Assembly (NCBI RefSeq): GCF_006345805.1
Contig: NC_043012.1
Span: 17,794,001-17,858,000, forward strand
Direction: 5' to 3'
DNA: 64,000 nt
From: Octopus sinensis
Lineage: Eukaryota
Part shown: in pieces, positions 40,898 through 55,083 of the stretch
Layout of the letters: each line of letters opens with the position of its first letter
Position numbering within the stretch: position 1 is the first letter of the stretch
The notes under the pieces: generated by a model
Told to the model about the DNA's origin: nothing
The model's database searches: none
What the model saw: only the letters and a program-made list of their open reading frames with translations
Translations under genes and position numbers: made by a program

Positions 40898-41324
40898 TGT
40901 CTCCACCCTCGACTTCTGCTGCTGCTTAAACAATCAAACTTCAATATCAACATTTTTCTGTACCCTAAACACTATTTTTTCAGATCTGCTACTACCTACC
41001 GAACCTTCACAAAGGGAGAGAGAGAGAGGGGGAAGAGAGGGAGGAGGAGTGAGAGGGAGAGAGAGAGAGGGAGGGAGTGAGAGGGAGAGAGAGAAATAAA
41101 TATGATCCTACCTATTTGAAGACTATGGAAATATTTACGAAACATTCCATTTAACTTTTTCTTCAGTTTCATTGATTTTTCTTGTTTTTCTCTTAGTTGA
41201 AAAGTCGAAAAGGCTGAAACCGTTCAGTAACCTTTACAAAATGTTCTTTATGATAAAATTATTAAACCATCTTTTCTCCCTTGTCTTATTTTCCTTAGAT
41301 GTATTTATTCTTTTATTTATTCAT

Positions 41325-41565
41325 TGATTCATTTATTTGTTTCAGTCATTTGACTGCGGCCATGCTGCAGCAACGCCTTCGGTCGAACAAATTGAACTTA
41401 TTCTTTGTAAGTTTAGTACTTATTCTATCGGTCTATTTTGCCGAATCGCTAATTAACGATGACGTAGATACAAAACCATGGGTTGTCAAGCGATGGTGGT
41501 GGGCGATAAACACAAACACACACACGGGTGTGTGTGTATATATATATACACATACATATGCACAT

Positions 41566-41617
<52 letters not shown>

Positions 41618-41778
41618 TATATATAATGGGCTGTTTTCAGTTTCCGTTTACCAAATCCTCTCACAAGCGTTTGGTTAGACGAGGCTATAGTAGAAAACTC
41701 TTGGCGAAGGTGCCGCGCAGTGGGACTGAACATGTGGTTGGGTAGGAAGCTTCTTAACGCACAGCCGCTCCTGCGCCT
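41325..41778 (-). mobile_element. SINE family A, full length
   Basis: Aligns to 11743-12134 with an expanded internal microsatellite at 41515-41625. Confidence 0.85.
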
Positions 41779-42085
41779 ATAGCCACTCCTAGACAGTTCA
41801 TATAGTAAAAAGAAATTCACATAAACGAACAATAAAATTAACAGACATCACAATGAGTGTATTAGCTTGACGCTTGGTGAAAAAAGACAGTTTGACATTA
41901 CTGCCATGGCACTTCCTCGCAAAGGCAAAAGGTGAAAGTCCTAAGAAGGAAAGGAAATCAATAATCGCATGTGTGTAGTTACAATATATATATAATATCC
42001 ATATGCATATATGTGTGTGTATGTATATATGTACATGTGTGTGTATGTATATATGTATATATATATATTTATGCACATATATGTA

Positions 42086-42153
<68 letters not shown>

Positions 42154-42874
42154 GGGGAGATGCATGAATATATATATATATATGTAACAATTCATATATC
42201 TATGTATGTATTTGCACGTGCGTGTATGTTCGAGTGTGTATATTTATATATATATATATATATGTCACAAGAGTGACATCGAATCTGTTATTTTTCGTAG
42301 CCGGTTGCTGCATGGCAATGTATTTAAAACATGCGATTTGTTGCGCTGAAATTTCTGTCACATACACACGCAAGGGACGAAAGCTCAGGAATTGAGCGAT
42401 GCGGATGATCATGAACAAATTTAGTATAATGATGATACGCAGATGACGAAACTTGGAATAACTGATGTCGCTTTTGTATTTATTGTTAATTCACAATTTA
42501 GTTTAGAAAAATCTGATCTCTCATCAAATGTGTTTCTTGTATGATTTCACCAAATTATTTTGAGACAATAGATCGTAGACTAATTTGGCTTTTGAAGTCC
42601 TTTGAAAAGAAAACAGAACAAAAAACAACAAAAGAAAAAACAAATTATAAGGCGTAAATTGAGCATAAGTTACTTTTAATTTTCGTCGAATGTGTATTAC
42701 CACATAGATATCATCTCGTTGGATTGTTGCAGTAATAGAGTGAGAAAGATAGAAAGTGTGATAGAGCGAAAGAGACAACATATAGAAAGAAAAGATAGCG
42801 TGAAACATATATAGAAAAAAATCGTGAATAGAAAGGGAAAGAACGAGAAAGAAACAGATATATATATATATATA

Positions 42875-43264
42875 TTTTTACTTGTTTCAGTCATTTTGAC
42901 TGTGGCCATGCTGGTGCACCGCCTTTAATCGAGCAACTCGACCCCGGGACTTATTCTTTGTAAGCCCAGTACTTATTCTATCTGTCTCTTTTGCCGAACT
43001 GCTAAGTGACGGGGACATACACACACCAGCATGGGTTGTCAAGCAATGCTAGGGGACGAACACAGATACACAAACATACACGCACATACACATATATACA
43101 TATATACGACGGGCATCTTTCAGTTTCCGTCTACCAAATCCACTCACAAGGCTTTGGTCGGCCCGAGGCTATAGTAGAAGACACTTGCCCCAGGTGCCAC
43201 GCAGTGGGACTGAACCCGGAACCATGTTGTTGGTAAACAAGCTGCTTACCACACATCCACTCCT
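42875..43264 (-). mobile_element. SINE family A, near full length, low divergence
   Basis: Aligns to 11743-12134. Confidence 0.88.
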
Positions 43265-43293
43265 CTATATATACATAGATCGATCGATCGATC

Positions 43294-43402
<109 letters not shown>

Positions 43403-44837
43403 GAAGAGTAAGAAAGGAAATTCGTTGAAACTGATTCTGTGTTCCGCAAAAAACCTTATTGTTCCGCTCAACAGTAATTCGTCGTTCTTTCGTAAGAACT
43501 TGTTGCTTTAATATTCAGTTTAGTATTGCCTCGTATAGGTGCATTATCTTCATTTTCAACATTCGATAGAAAAAGAAGTGCATAGTGCACACTTCATATA
43601 AGGATTTTTGCTTCAGAAGAAGATGTCGCTGTTTTGTGATGTATAAAAGAGGCAGAAAAGGATCATATATATATATATATGTACATGTGTGTGTGTGTGT
43701 GCATGTGTGTATGCATATAATGCATGCTTGTTTACGTACAAGTATTTAACAGGATGTGTATAACATTGTAAATAAGTGACGATCTGCTGCAATTTGTATA
43801 AATAATTAATACAAACAAACCCGAAGCTTTTTTCAATAAATTAGACGTAAAATCCAAAGAATATTTACACATCTGCAGAATAGTTGTAACAAGTATATTG
43901 ATAGTATCACAGAAAAATTATGATACACTAAAACTTAAGTATTACATGAGCAATTATTTATCCACTCTCCAGTTCTTTGGATAATTTACACTTTCATAAC
44001 GTCGTTCAAATATTTGCAAAAGTGCTAGTCGATAGATATGAGATGTAAGGAATGATACAGATACAGCAAATATATTTCCTTCAGCTCGAGGCTCTCAAAC
44101 ATATTTGCAATGTGTGGAACAAATACTGTAAGGAACAGTGTCGGTAGAGATGTAATGTTTCGGCTGATATATTCAGTTGAAGTAAATTTTAAGAGAGGAT
44201 ATCATGTATATATATAGATAGATAACGAACGGTTGAAGGTTCCATTATGGCCAAACGCATGCAAATATGTTTAATGATAATTATGCGAATATCACTTTGT
44301 ATCATACATCAGGAAATCTGTGAGAAATATGTGAGAGAATTTTGTATATCGGTTTTGGTATTCTTCACTTACTAACGTAGTAGGTATTTACTAGTTTATT
44401 ATTCTTTTATTTAGTTGCTATGCAATGGATTGTGGTTTCACAGCATAACATGCACGTCTTTTTAAAGTTTTTCATAAAAGAATCATTAATCCTATTTGAT
44501 ATAATGATACAAGCTTTCGGAACGTCAAAATTGTAATGACCTTCACCACCAAAATCGACGTGCGAACGGAAGACACACTTTTGTTCACAAATCAAGATAT
44601 TACATTTAAAAGATAATTCATTTCCCTTCGTTTATTTGATAAGACGGTGTTCTTAAAATTACTCGAATACAAAATTTAACTATTTAACAAAAAAAAAAAC
44701 TTTGATACATTTGTCACTAAAACAAACATTGCTGCATGTATATGTTCGCATGTATATATATATAATATATATATATATATAAATATATACACACACATAC
44801 ATGTATATATGTATGTAGGTATATATATATATACATA

Positions 44838-44880
<43 letters not shown>

Positions 44881-44904
44881 ATATATATATATATTATATA
44901 TATA

Positions 44905-44950
<46 letters not shown>

Positions 44951-45485
44951 TATATATATACTGTATATATATATATATGTGTGTGTGTGTGTATTGCCAT
45001 ATATCAAGTGCCATAGGGTAAAAAACTATTAACTACTAATCATTGTAAACAATAATATCCTCATATATATTGTTATAATCTATTATTCACTTCCATCCGT
45101 TTTAAAAATTTGCCGCGGTATTATAACACTGATCGCGCACATTTTAGAGATGGGCAGTTTTTATGACCATTGTGTAAACAAGATCGCAAATGATAACTAA
45201 GTGGCATTTTCACACAGTTGGAAATCGTGACGAGACCGGTATGTCTGGCTTTTTATTTTACAATTCTTTTCGTTATTGGTACGGCGGCTTAGAATTTCTG
45301 CTCATTCCTCCGATTTCAATTAATGCGCATCAGAGAAAATTTGTGGTTGTGGTCGTCTTCTTACAGCTATTTTTAGCGTACATGTGTTACTTGTAGCATC
45401 ATTGATTGTTAACTATATAACTTCTTACGATATGGTATATTTTATGCATGCTATGCCACTTGATTTTGTTGTAAGCAATAATATC

Positions 45486-45537
<52 letters not shown>

Positions 45538-45538
<1 letters not shown>

Positions 45539-45861
45539 TAGAGAAAAACCACTATTATGCAATTCAAACAATGATAGACATAAACCATACATATATATAT
45601 ATATATATGGCTTCTTCCATGGGTATGAGTAAGTATCTCATTTATTTCTCTTACCACATGTATCACTGACGAAGGGAGGGCTCTTATGTGTTAACCCTGA
45701 AATTGGTCCGATATGGTAATAATGGAATCTTTTAGAAATTTCTGTCGACCTTTTTTCGAGTAGCGTGCATATTGTGAAAAAAATTATATGGTTAATGGAC
45801 AATATGTCCAATTTTCCGACATATTTGGCATTAGAAATTTTTTAGTTTGTCCTTATTTATG

Positions 45862-45862
<1 letters not shown>
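45538..45862. mobile_element. Penelope-like terminal fragment between (TA)n arrays
   Basis: TTAGAGAAAAACCACTATTATGCAATTCAAA start; contains a hammerhead motif. Confidence 0.6.
45651..45719 (+). ncRNA. Minimal type I hammerhead ribozyme-like motif
   Basis: TTACCA-CATG-TATCA-CTGACGA-AGGG..CCCT-GAAA-TTG-GTC-CGATA-TGGTAA: canonical CUGACGA and GAAA, GUC triplet at 45706-45708, bipartite stem I. Stem III ATTGGT is a damaged palindrome. Confidence 0.62.
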
Positions 45863-45915
<53 letters not shown>

Positions 45916-47386
45916 GCTGTACTTGGCTGTGTTTCTGCACGTATGGGCTGTTTGTCAGATGAATGCTGTATTACGTGTTACTAAACAAGAATTTTGAATA
46001 GAAAGCATTCACTCGGTGATTGCATTATGACCGAGCATGATGACACATTTTGAAGAAGAGACATTTTTTGAAGAAGAGACATCTGCAGCTACTCTTGCTG
46101 GCATACATAAAGATACGTTGTACGTACATGCATTTGTATGTACAATACACACACATATACTTTTACTAACTAATAGTTTCTGAAATAGATATTTCGCGTT
46201 CTGAAATTGTCTAACTTCTTATGATGCGAACAAGAGACACACAAGCACCCTCACCACCACACATATATACAAAAATTATATAAACGCATCACAAGCGGAA
46301 CAAACGTAAAATACACGCATAGAACGTCGCTAATTCGTCACCAGTCATTGTCTCAAGGATTCTAAGAATTTCACGCCTTCGACGATAATGTTGTTTACCT
46401 TTGTTGGTGTCAGCGACGAGAAGCCGCTGGGGAATAACGAAGAAAGGACATACACACACGCACACACACACACTCTCACACACACATACACACACTACAC
46501 GCACAGACAAACACACACACATGCTGACCTACATTGTAAAAAAGTTCATATAGAAACTCAGCTGTCTTTTCCGAAAACCAAAGCCACTTGAAGTAACATG
46601 GAAACAGCTTAGATAAAGAAACTACTCTGAATATAGCAATGCAAAACAATAATGTAAATTCCTAATCTTAGAAATCAGACAAAAACTACGACTGTGTTTA
46701 TTGCTGTTTCGTTAGAATTGTGTACGATCATACAAGTGTTAATAGAACAGCGCTATGTGCAAAGCAGTTCCAGACTTGAAAAAAAAACGTTGTTTTTCGA
46801 CCACAAGTTACGTAGAAAATAATTAACATCATCAAATGTGAGCTACCTTGTTTTATTTCTTATTTGATAAGGATTTTGATACTGATTGTAGTGCCTACAT
46901 AGCTTTGACTAGTGGAACTCATAAAAAAAAACTGTAGTAATAATTAGAAATTCGTATTTGTGCGTAAGTGGACGACAACAAACACTCACGCACATACACA
47001 GACATACACGAGAACGCATTTATATACTCACAGACACACACTTTTGCGACATTTAAGCTAACAAATGAAACCAACAGCGGAAATGCTATCTACGAAGGTC
47101 GATAGAAATAGGATCCAATTTACACTGTTTACACATTAAGTATTCATTGCCAATTGCTGAACATTTATTGAATCGAGGACTGAACACCGATATTATCAAA
47201 GAAAGTCATTTATCATTACATTATCGATTAACATCAAGCAGACTGATAAACCACAAAGCGATGTGGATTATGAGACACGATCGAGAAGAGTACGAGCGTT
47301 TACCTTACACCAATATCAATAATCAAATGAACGCAGGCTATAGGAAGGGATAAATAAGCATCTCAACCGCAGCCGCCGCCACTATA

Positions 47387-47419
<33 letters not shown>

Positions 47420-47507
47420 GCTGCTGCTGTAACTACTACTACTAGTAGTAGTAGTAGTAGTAGTATAGTAGTAGTAGTAGTGGTAGTAGTAATAATAATA
47501 ATAATAA

Positions 47508-47595
47508 CACCAACATGAACTTCCAGCCTGTCTCTGGAGGTCTCTGGGTGAGACCTGGAGCCAACTTGTACAAATGCAAAGCAAAAGTCAAACAT
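47508..47595 (+). mobile_element. Short retroelement 3' end in a (TAA)n array (copy 1)
   Basis: GAGGTCTCTGGGTGAGACCTGGAGCCAACTTGTACAAATGCAAAGCAAAAGTCAAACAT; homologous to 48715-48812. Confidence 0.6.
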
Positions 47596-47643
47596 AAAAT
47601 AATAATAGTAATACATATATATAATAAAAAATATATGTGTGTG

Positions 47644-47699
<56 letters not shown>

Positions 47700-47779
47700 T
47701 AATAATAATAATAATAATAATAGCAATGACAATAAAAAATAAACAACGAAACAACAACATAAACAACATTAATAATAAT

Positions 47780-48300
47780 GGGGGGATACAGAGATGCAAG
47801 ATGTGGTATGAGCACAAACTGCAGAGAATGGCGTAGTCGGAGACTAGCAAAATCATGAAGGATTTCCCAATTCAAGCAGATCAGGTGCTAGAGCAAAACA
47901 GACTGGATCTAGTGGTGGTGGGCAAGGTGCACACCATATGCTATATAGTTGTCGTTGCATGTCCCTTTGACCCACGAATAGTCAAGAAGGAAGGCGGAAA
48001 GATAGATCGATAGAACCTTGTTAATTACGAAATAGCTCGCCTGTGGGAAATGAAGGAGTTCAGGATATTATTGGGTTTTGGGGAAAAGTATCAGCATGCA
48101 TCAAGAGGAATATAAAGGAAATTGGAAATGAGTGCCAAGTAGAACTGTTACAAAAAGAACTGTTACCAGAATAATCAGGAACGTATTAGATAGTTGAAAC
48201 GAATCGAGAGTATGGTACCGTAGGCTGCAGATACTAATCTCGCAACGCATGTTTATGAGTTTGAAGACCGTCAAAAGATCCTTTGAGAAAGAGAAATATC
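47780..48300 (+). mobile_element. R4/Dong-type LINE 3' end encoding the restriction-like endonuclease (PD-D/ExK) domain, decayed
   Basis: From 47801: MWYEHKLQRMA*SETSKIMKDFPIQADQVLEQNRLDLVVVGK..CYIVVVACPFDPRIVKKEGGKIDR*NLVNYEIARLWEMK..RIIRNVLDS. Flanked by (AAT)n and (AAC)n(AAT)n. Confidence 0.87.
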
Positions 48301-48302
48301 AG

Positions 48303-48355
48303 CAACAACAACAACAATAACAATAACAATAATAATAATAATAACAATAGTAATG

Positions 48356-48395
<40 letters not shown>

Positions 48396-48396
48396 A

Positions 48397-48435
<39 letters not shown>

Positions 48436-48440
48436 AATAT

Positions 48441-48471
<31 letters not shown>

Positions 48472-48535
48472 ATTAATAATAATAATATTAATAGTAATAA
48501 TAATAATGATAATAATAATAATAATAATAATAATG

Positions 48536-48608
<73 letters not shown>

Positions 48609-48656
48609 TGATAATAATAATAATAATGATAATAATAATAATAATGATAATAATAT
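48303..48656. repeat. ~350-bp (AAT)n array with ATG variants
   Basis: Direct reading. Confidence 0.98.
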
Positions 48657-48714
48657 TTTTTTTTAGACATCTACCAGTACAACACAAAAAAACAACCAAA
48701 TATATGGCATACTA

Positions 48715-48812
48715 GGCATAACAACAAGGTGAACATCCAACCTGCTGTTTCTTGAGGTCTCCGGGTGAGACTTGGAACCAACCTGTACAAATATAAAGCA
48801 AAAGTCAAACAT
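48715..48812 (+). mobile_element. Short retroelement 3' end in a (TAA)n array (copy 2)
   Basis: GAGGTCTCCGGGTGAGACTTGGAACCAACCTGTACAAATATAAAGCAAAAGTCAAACAT followed by ATAATAATAAT. Confidence 0.6.
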
Positions 48813-49689
48813 ATAATAATAATAATAATGACAAAAAGAAAAATATAAGTTCTTTGTGTCTGTCAGAGAGGTGTCGGATAAAAAGAGTACTATTAAAGCT
48901 ATTGGCTTATACTGTTTAAGAGTAGGTTTACACAGAACTGAATATTAAAAAAGAATGATATTAAAAACTAAATATACAAACATTATATTCATGACACTGG
49001 AGCTCTGAAACTGGCATCAATAAAGGAATCCCAATTATCCCGGATCAACCCCAAAATCTTCTTCGATCTCATTCTGCAACCTACAGCTACAGGCGTATGC
49101 TGAGGGTGGACTCATCACAACTTAACATGTCCACTCCAGCCACTTGTTAATATAGTTTGTATTGGATAGTAACTCACTCTCCAGCGAATTCTTCCATTCT
49201 CTAGGAAAATGGAAACATTTAGTGATGTTTCCACTGAAGGCAAATATATCTTCTTTCCCCCATACCTATTTCTCTACAGCACCGCGTAAGAGAGAGAGAG
49301 AGAGAAAGAGAAAGAAAGAGAGAGAGAGAGAGCCTTGCTCTTTCCGAAGTCCACGGGGCGATTTGTTAACCAGAATTGGTCTATAAACTAACACTTCTTC
49401 CTTGCCAGCAGCTGTTTAAAATATCCCATATATCCTCAATGACGGGACACGGAGCGGGTGGATTCAGAACTGTTTCAAATAGGCATGCGCAACGTCTATT
49501 CCGTGCTTTTAGAGCTTGCTTCGAATTGTTAATGCCAAAGTCGAATAGTTGCATTTTTCTGGAACAGTTCAGTCATTACATTACGACCGTCACACAGAAC
49601 TACGTCGAATGCTTCGCTGATTTCCATCACTAGTTGTTCTTCATAAATAGTTACTTGGAACTTCTGTCGCATTGAGCAACTAACAGACT

Positions 49690-50090
49690 CTCTCTTTTTC
49701 TCTCATTTACTTGTTTCAGTCATTTGACTGCGGCCATGCTGGAGCACCGCCTTTAGTCGAGCAAATCAACCCCGGGTCTTATTCTTTATAAGCCCAGTAC
49801 TTATTCTATCGGCCACTTTTGCCGAACCGCGAAGTGACGGGGACATAAACACACCAGCATCGGTTGTCAAGCAATGCTAGAGGGACAAATACAGACACAC
49901 AAACATACACACACATATACATATATACGACAGGCTTCTTTCAGTTTCCGTCTACCAAATCCACTCACAAGGCATTGGTCGGCCCGTGGCTATAGCAGAA
50001 GACACTTGCCCAAGATGCCACGCAGTGGGACTGCACCCGGAACCATGTGGTTTGTAGGCGAGCTACTTACCACACAGCCACTCCTGTGCC
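49690..50090 (-). mobile_element. SINE family A, full length, low divergence
   Basis: Aligns to 11743-12134. Confidence 0.88.
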
Positions 50091-51329
50091 TTTGTAGAAA
50101 GACTGTAGAAAGCATAAGATAACATGGCAGACGATACTCGTATCAATAGGCTTAACAAGGAGAACCTCAAAACAGAGAATCTTTGCACCAGAAAGATTGC
50201 CTGGCCAATTGAAGACATCCCTTACACGACAGCAGAACAGTAAGCGCTTGAATCCTCAGAGATGTAATTTATGGTAAAGTGCTGCAGTTTGCAGCTAAAT
50301 TATGCCGTAGGTAATGAAAGCATTTGCCAGCTTTACTGTATCTTTCGGTGATATTTTCCACCGTCTCTTTTCTGCATGAAGCCAGCCAACCTGCTTGGTA
50401 CTTTACGTAATTCCTCTCAATATTGGAGAAAGGGGTTGGACCAGACCCTACACATTAATGTTCCTAGTTGTTCATCATTAGCTGTATACAATGTTATATT
50501 GCCTCTGTGTATAAGATATGATTCATTGTCCTACTTCATTATTTACATCTAAGTTTCGGCCAATTAACAAAGTAGGGACGCCAGAGAGAAAGAGGTGAAT
50601 GAAAGAGTCTCTGTGTAAAGGAAGCAGCGTTAGTTTTAATAAATCTCTCTCTCTCACCTAAATCTGCAGATTTTATTTGCTATTTACTCATATCTTGCTT
50701 CACGTAACTTCTTGTTTATTCCGTGAGATAATATAATCATGGCTGGAATTTTTAAGATCCATTTGTGAGTAATAAGGTGTAGAGCATCCTGCTAATAAAA
50801 TTATATCACGATCTGACAGCCACATGAGACATTGCAGCACACTGTGTCTTGTTTTCTAGGATTGCAGTTTTAGTTGATTGTAGTTGATGTTATTGTTGTT
50901 GTTGTTGTTGTTCTTCTTCTTCTTCTTCTTCTTCTCTTCTTCTTCTTCTTCTTCTTCTTCTTCTTCTCTTCTTCTTCTTCTTCTTCTTCTATTTCTTTGT
51001 TGTATGCCCTGCCTCATCCCTAGTAAATTATAAGTCTGAGGTGCAATATGGATTTCTATTAGCTTTTTCATTTGTCCCAGACATACAATACTCATTGGCA
51101 TATTTCAATTTTTAAACTTCACATTCTGTGGGTTTCGATCGTCCAGTTTTGTAAATGGACAGGTATATTGAAACACTTGATACATATTTTTATTACTTGG
51201 GAAAATGATAGTAAGTCTTCATATTCCAACGTAAGCACCGGTGGCGCCAAAACGTTTCCACAAACGGCCACGGATAGACTGAACAACATTCTGAAGGACG
51301 CCATTTTGGATATCATTGAGAAGGTACAA

Positions 51330-51570
51330 GGACGTAACACACAAGCATCGCTGGTCAAGCGATGTTGGTGTTGCTGCGGACGAACACACACACACATATA
51401 TATATATATACGACGGGCTTCTTTGAGTTTCCGTCTACCAAATAAACTCAGAAGGGTTTGGTCGGCTCGAGACTATAGTGGAATACACTTGCCCAACGTA
51501 CCACGATATGGGACTGAACCCAGAATGATATGGTTGGGAAGCAAGCTTCTCTTCCCACAGGCACGCCTGT
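51330..51570 (-). mobile_element. SINE family A, 5' half
   Basis: ACTTGCCCAA..TGGGACTGAACCCAG..GTTTCCGTCTACCAAAT. Confidence 0.75.
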
Positions 51571-51599
51571 GTGGTATATATACATAGATACATACATCT

Positions 51600-51658
<59 letters not shown>

Positions 51659-51819
51659 CTGCGATGGTTTTCGTTAAGCACTATCAATTTTTATAATTCT
51701 CTAAAAAATAATAACTGTATTCTATATGCTTAAACTTATAATATACTATTATCATTATTTGCAGAATATATATATATATATTTTATATATATATGTATAT
51801 AATATATATTAACATATAT

Positions 51820-51871
<52 letters not shown>

Positions 51872-51875
51872 TATA

Positions 51876-52052
51876 TGTATGGTGGGGTGATAAGATTTCA
51901 TGGTTTTAAGGGAATCGCAAAAGGCCTGGTCGTTTACACACCTTAGCAAGACTGAAGGACCGCTGCAATAAGTGTAAAACTATGAGGGGAATATTTTGAA
52001 TAAGACTCCAATTCAATGATCCTCATGTATTTTCTTTTATCCAATGTCAGGT
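51876..52052 (+). mobile_element. Internally deleted mariner (TACGAGGG-type TIR), transposase C-terminus only
   Basis: LARLKDRCNKCK..EYFE stop, then TTTTCAACATACCCTCATA. The left end TATGGTGGGGTGATAAGA is a degenerate match. Confidence 0.55.
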
Positions 52053-52194
52053 ACTTTTCAACATACCCTCATATATTTGATCTGTATATGTGAGTGTACG
52101 CGCGCGAGCAGAGAGAAATAAATAGAGAGATAGACTGAGAGAGAGGAGGTGGTAAAAAGAGATAAAGAGGTAGTTCAATGAAAAGAGAGAAGAA

Positions 52195-52320
52195 AATGAA
52201 GAAGAAGAAGAAGAAAAAGAAGAAGAAGAGAAGGAGGAGAAGAGGAAGTAGAAGAAGAAGAAGAAGAAGAAGAAGAAGAAGAAGAAGAAGAAGAAGAAGA
52301 AGAAGAAGAGAAGAAACAGA
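52195..52320. repeat. (GAA)n purine tract; a larger one at 58418-58592
   Basis: Direct reading. Confidence 0.97.
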
Positions 52321-52869
52321 GAGGGCGAGGGCCTTACTTGAAGGTTAAACTTTGTAAAATCGGTTTCATCGAAAGTTTTTTGTAAACTGTAATATGAATC
52401 GATTTTGAATAATGAATGCCGTTCACTATTAAATGTTTGTAAATTTATCCTTTTGTAGCTGGGAAAATGACCAGTAAGTGTAAATGTAATTACAGGAAAT
52501 TTGCGACCATTATTAGTGTTATTCAAAAGTGTGACAGAACAACCTACTAAGCCAACATAAGACACTCTACAGCAGTCTGCGAAAGTCGTTTTAGTCCCAA
52601 GGGCGAAATTATGGTGCATTAGAACCTCTAGACAAACATAAGTACTGTGAAAATTGATGAATTCTTTATTATCTAATTTTTTTTTTGTATAGAACGCATT
52701 TTATATTACTGTTTCAGATTAGCCACTTAAATTGTGTTGCTGAAAGTTTCACTTTTTAAAAAAAAATTAGGCGATTTCTTGTTTCAACGATGTAGTTTTG
52801 AATTTCCCTAATACATACATACAAACATACATACATATATACATACATCCATATACATACATACATACA

Positions 52870-52905
<36 letters not shown>

Positions 52906-52916
52906 CATATATATAT

Positions 52917-53184
52917 GGCAGCGGATTCGCGGTTTCGATTCCCAGACCGGGCGTTGTGAGTGTTTATTGAGCGAAAACACCTAAAAGCTCCACGAGGCTC
53001 CGGCAGGGGGTGGTGATCGCTGCTGTGCTCTTTCACCACTCTTTCTCCCACTCTTTCTTCTGTTGGACTGCTCGCTTAGCCAGCGGGGTGGCGTCATTCG
53101 AAGGCTAAAAAAACAATGCGAACGCATTGTGACCAGCGATGTGTAACAACATCTGATGGTCTGGTCGGTCACGTGATCACGTGA
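52917..53184 (+). mobile_element. SINE with head 2 and tail E
   Basis: ~80 bp nearly identical to 35490-35570, then a different tail ending GGTCGGTCACGTGATCACGTGA. Confidence 0.8.
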
Positions 53185-55025
53185 TATATATATATATGTA
53201 TATATACATAGTGAGGGTTTACAAAAAAACAAAAGATTAAGACGGGTGTGTAAACAGCAAACAGTCTTAAATAATTGGTAATAGATAATAATTTTAAGTG
53301 GGTTATAGACATTTTAGCGTCTATTTCTAACAGACAGACGGGGTAATTCTTCATAGTTCTTATTATAATTTTAATATAAATCAACCATTATGGTATTATC
53401 ATTAAGCTGACCAGTAATAAATCATTAAACAATGACCTCACCCTTATTACGTATACAAATATATATATATATTAATTCACTCTAGCATTTACTGCAGAAT
53501 TATTCTGAGTAAATCAGCACATTGTTGAAATGGATGCTTCGCACATATGTTTGGAATGCATATATATTACTCGTGTTTGTCCGATTGTGTAATCTTAAGA
53601 TATGGTACTATCCAAAATATTCCATAAATCCTTTCTATCCATTTCACTCGCTTACAACTTCGTGGTATTGAAGTAATAATTTTAAGTGGCTTTTAGACCT
53701 TTTGGCATCTATTTCTAGCAGACAGACGCTGTAATTATCCATCCTCCTTATATATATATATATATATATATGTTTCAAAAATAAAAATTTACTAACGATA
53801 ATTGTAGAATGAAGTCATTGATAATCAACAAGGAAGAAATTATCAGGCATTGCACTCAATAGATCCTGGATGCACTGAATGAAACCCAACATTGAGATTT
53901 AGCAACAATAATAGTTACAAGATCAATTTCTTGCTCGAAAAGGGTTACATAATAGATTGTATTTGTAAACGTAAATCCATTCACGTATTTCATAATACAA
54001 GAAATATTGGTATTGGAGTGTAGGAACCATTAGACGTCTGAATCAATAGAGCAACGAACTCACCAAATACCTTGTGATCAAATTTTTCTTTCATCCTTAT
54101 GTGTGAATGTATCGGGGTTTGTAAAATGTCGGACAGACTAAAAACCTTGAGGCTGAGTACTTACTTACTTTGTTCAAAACTTGAAGGTGTGTTGGTTATA
54201 TAAAATAAGTACCATTCAGGTCGTTGAGGTCATCGAAATCGAGAATACACTGGTTAAATAGTGTTGCTTTGTGCCTATGGGAAGAATCGATATTTGACTA
54301 TTGAACCAAATAGTGATGGTAGCCATCTGAAAAGTGAAGAAAAAGCATTAAAGTATAAAATATTTCTGTAACCTCCAGCTGTTTTCTACAATAGTAACTT
54401 GTTATTTCCTAGCACATACATAAATAATGCAATGCTTTTTATAAGATTTCTTTACTAATGCTTTCATTTTATTTGGCATGGTGTCATCCGTTTGACTATA
54501 CTTCGATGGGCCAATAATTTTCAATCGTTCTCTCCTTATTTTTCTGCACAATAATCTAATTAGTGTGTTATTGAAAAAGAAAAAAAATCTGCTACATCAC
54601 AGAAAGGAAGTATTATGAGTTAATGAACATTCTCAAGGAATCCCAGAAACTTTTCAGTCGATTCAGTGTGAAGTAACTTGTCATGGTTACATGCAGTATT
54701 ACTGAATTGAATACAAGGTTCTTGCCGGAAAAGAGAACCATAATAAGACTTCCAGACTTGTCGGATATGCAAAAAACATATTTTCTATGAAGAAAGTTGC
54801 CTGCCGAATGAGACTGAAGCGAAATTATCAATAAGATTCACACACACACAAACAAACACACACACACACACACGCACAGATATATGTGTGTATATATATA
54901 TATATACAAAATTTAGAGGACTGACCACTAAAGATTTTGTATGTAAAAAAAAATCATGTTCGGATTTTTTAAAAATATGCTAGGCCACTGGTTTTAATTG
55001 ATTAATATCGAATTTCTACCCTTAT

Positions 55026-55082
<57 letters not shown>

Positions 55083-55083
<1 letters not shown>

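Noticed and set aside
47130-47340. PIAEHLLNRG resembling a Penelope GIY-YIG C-terminus
   Set aside because: The N-terminal GIY and YIG motifs are absent, leaving too little evidence.
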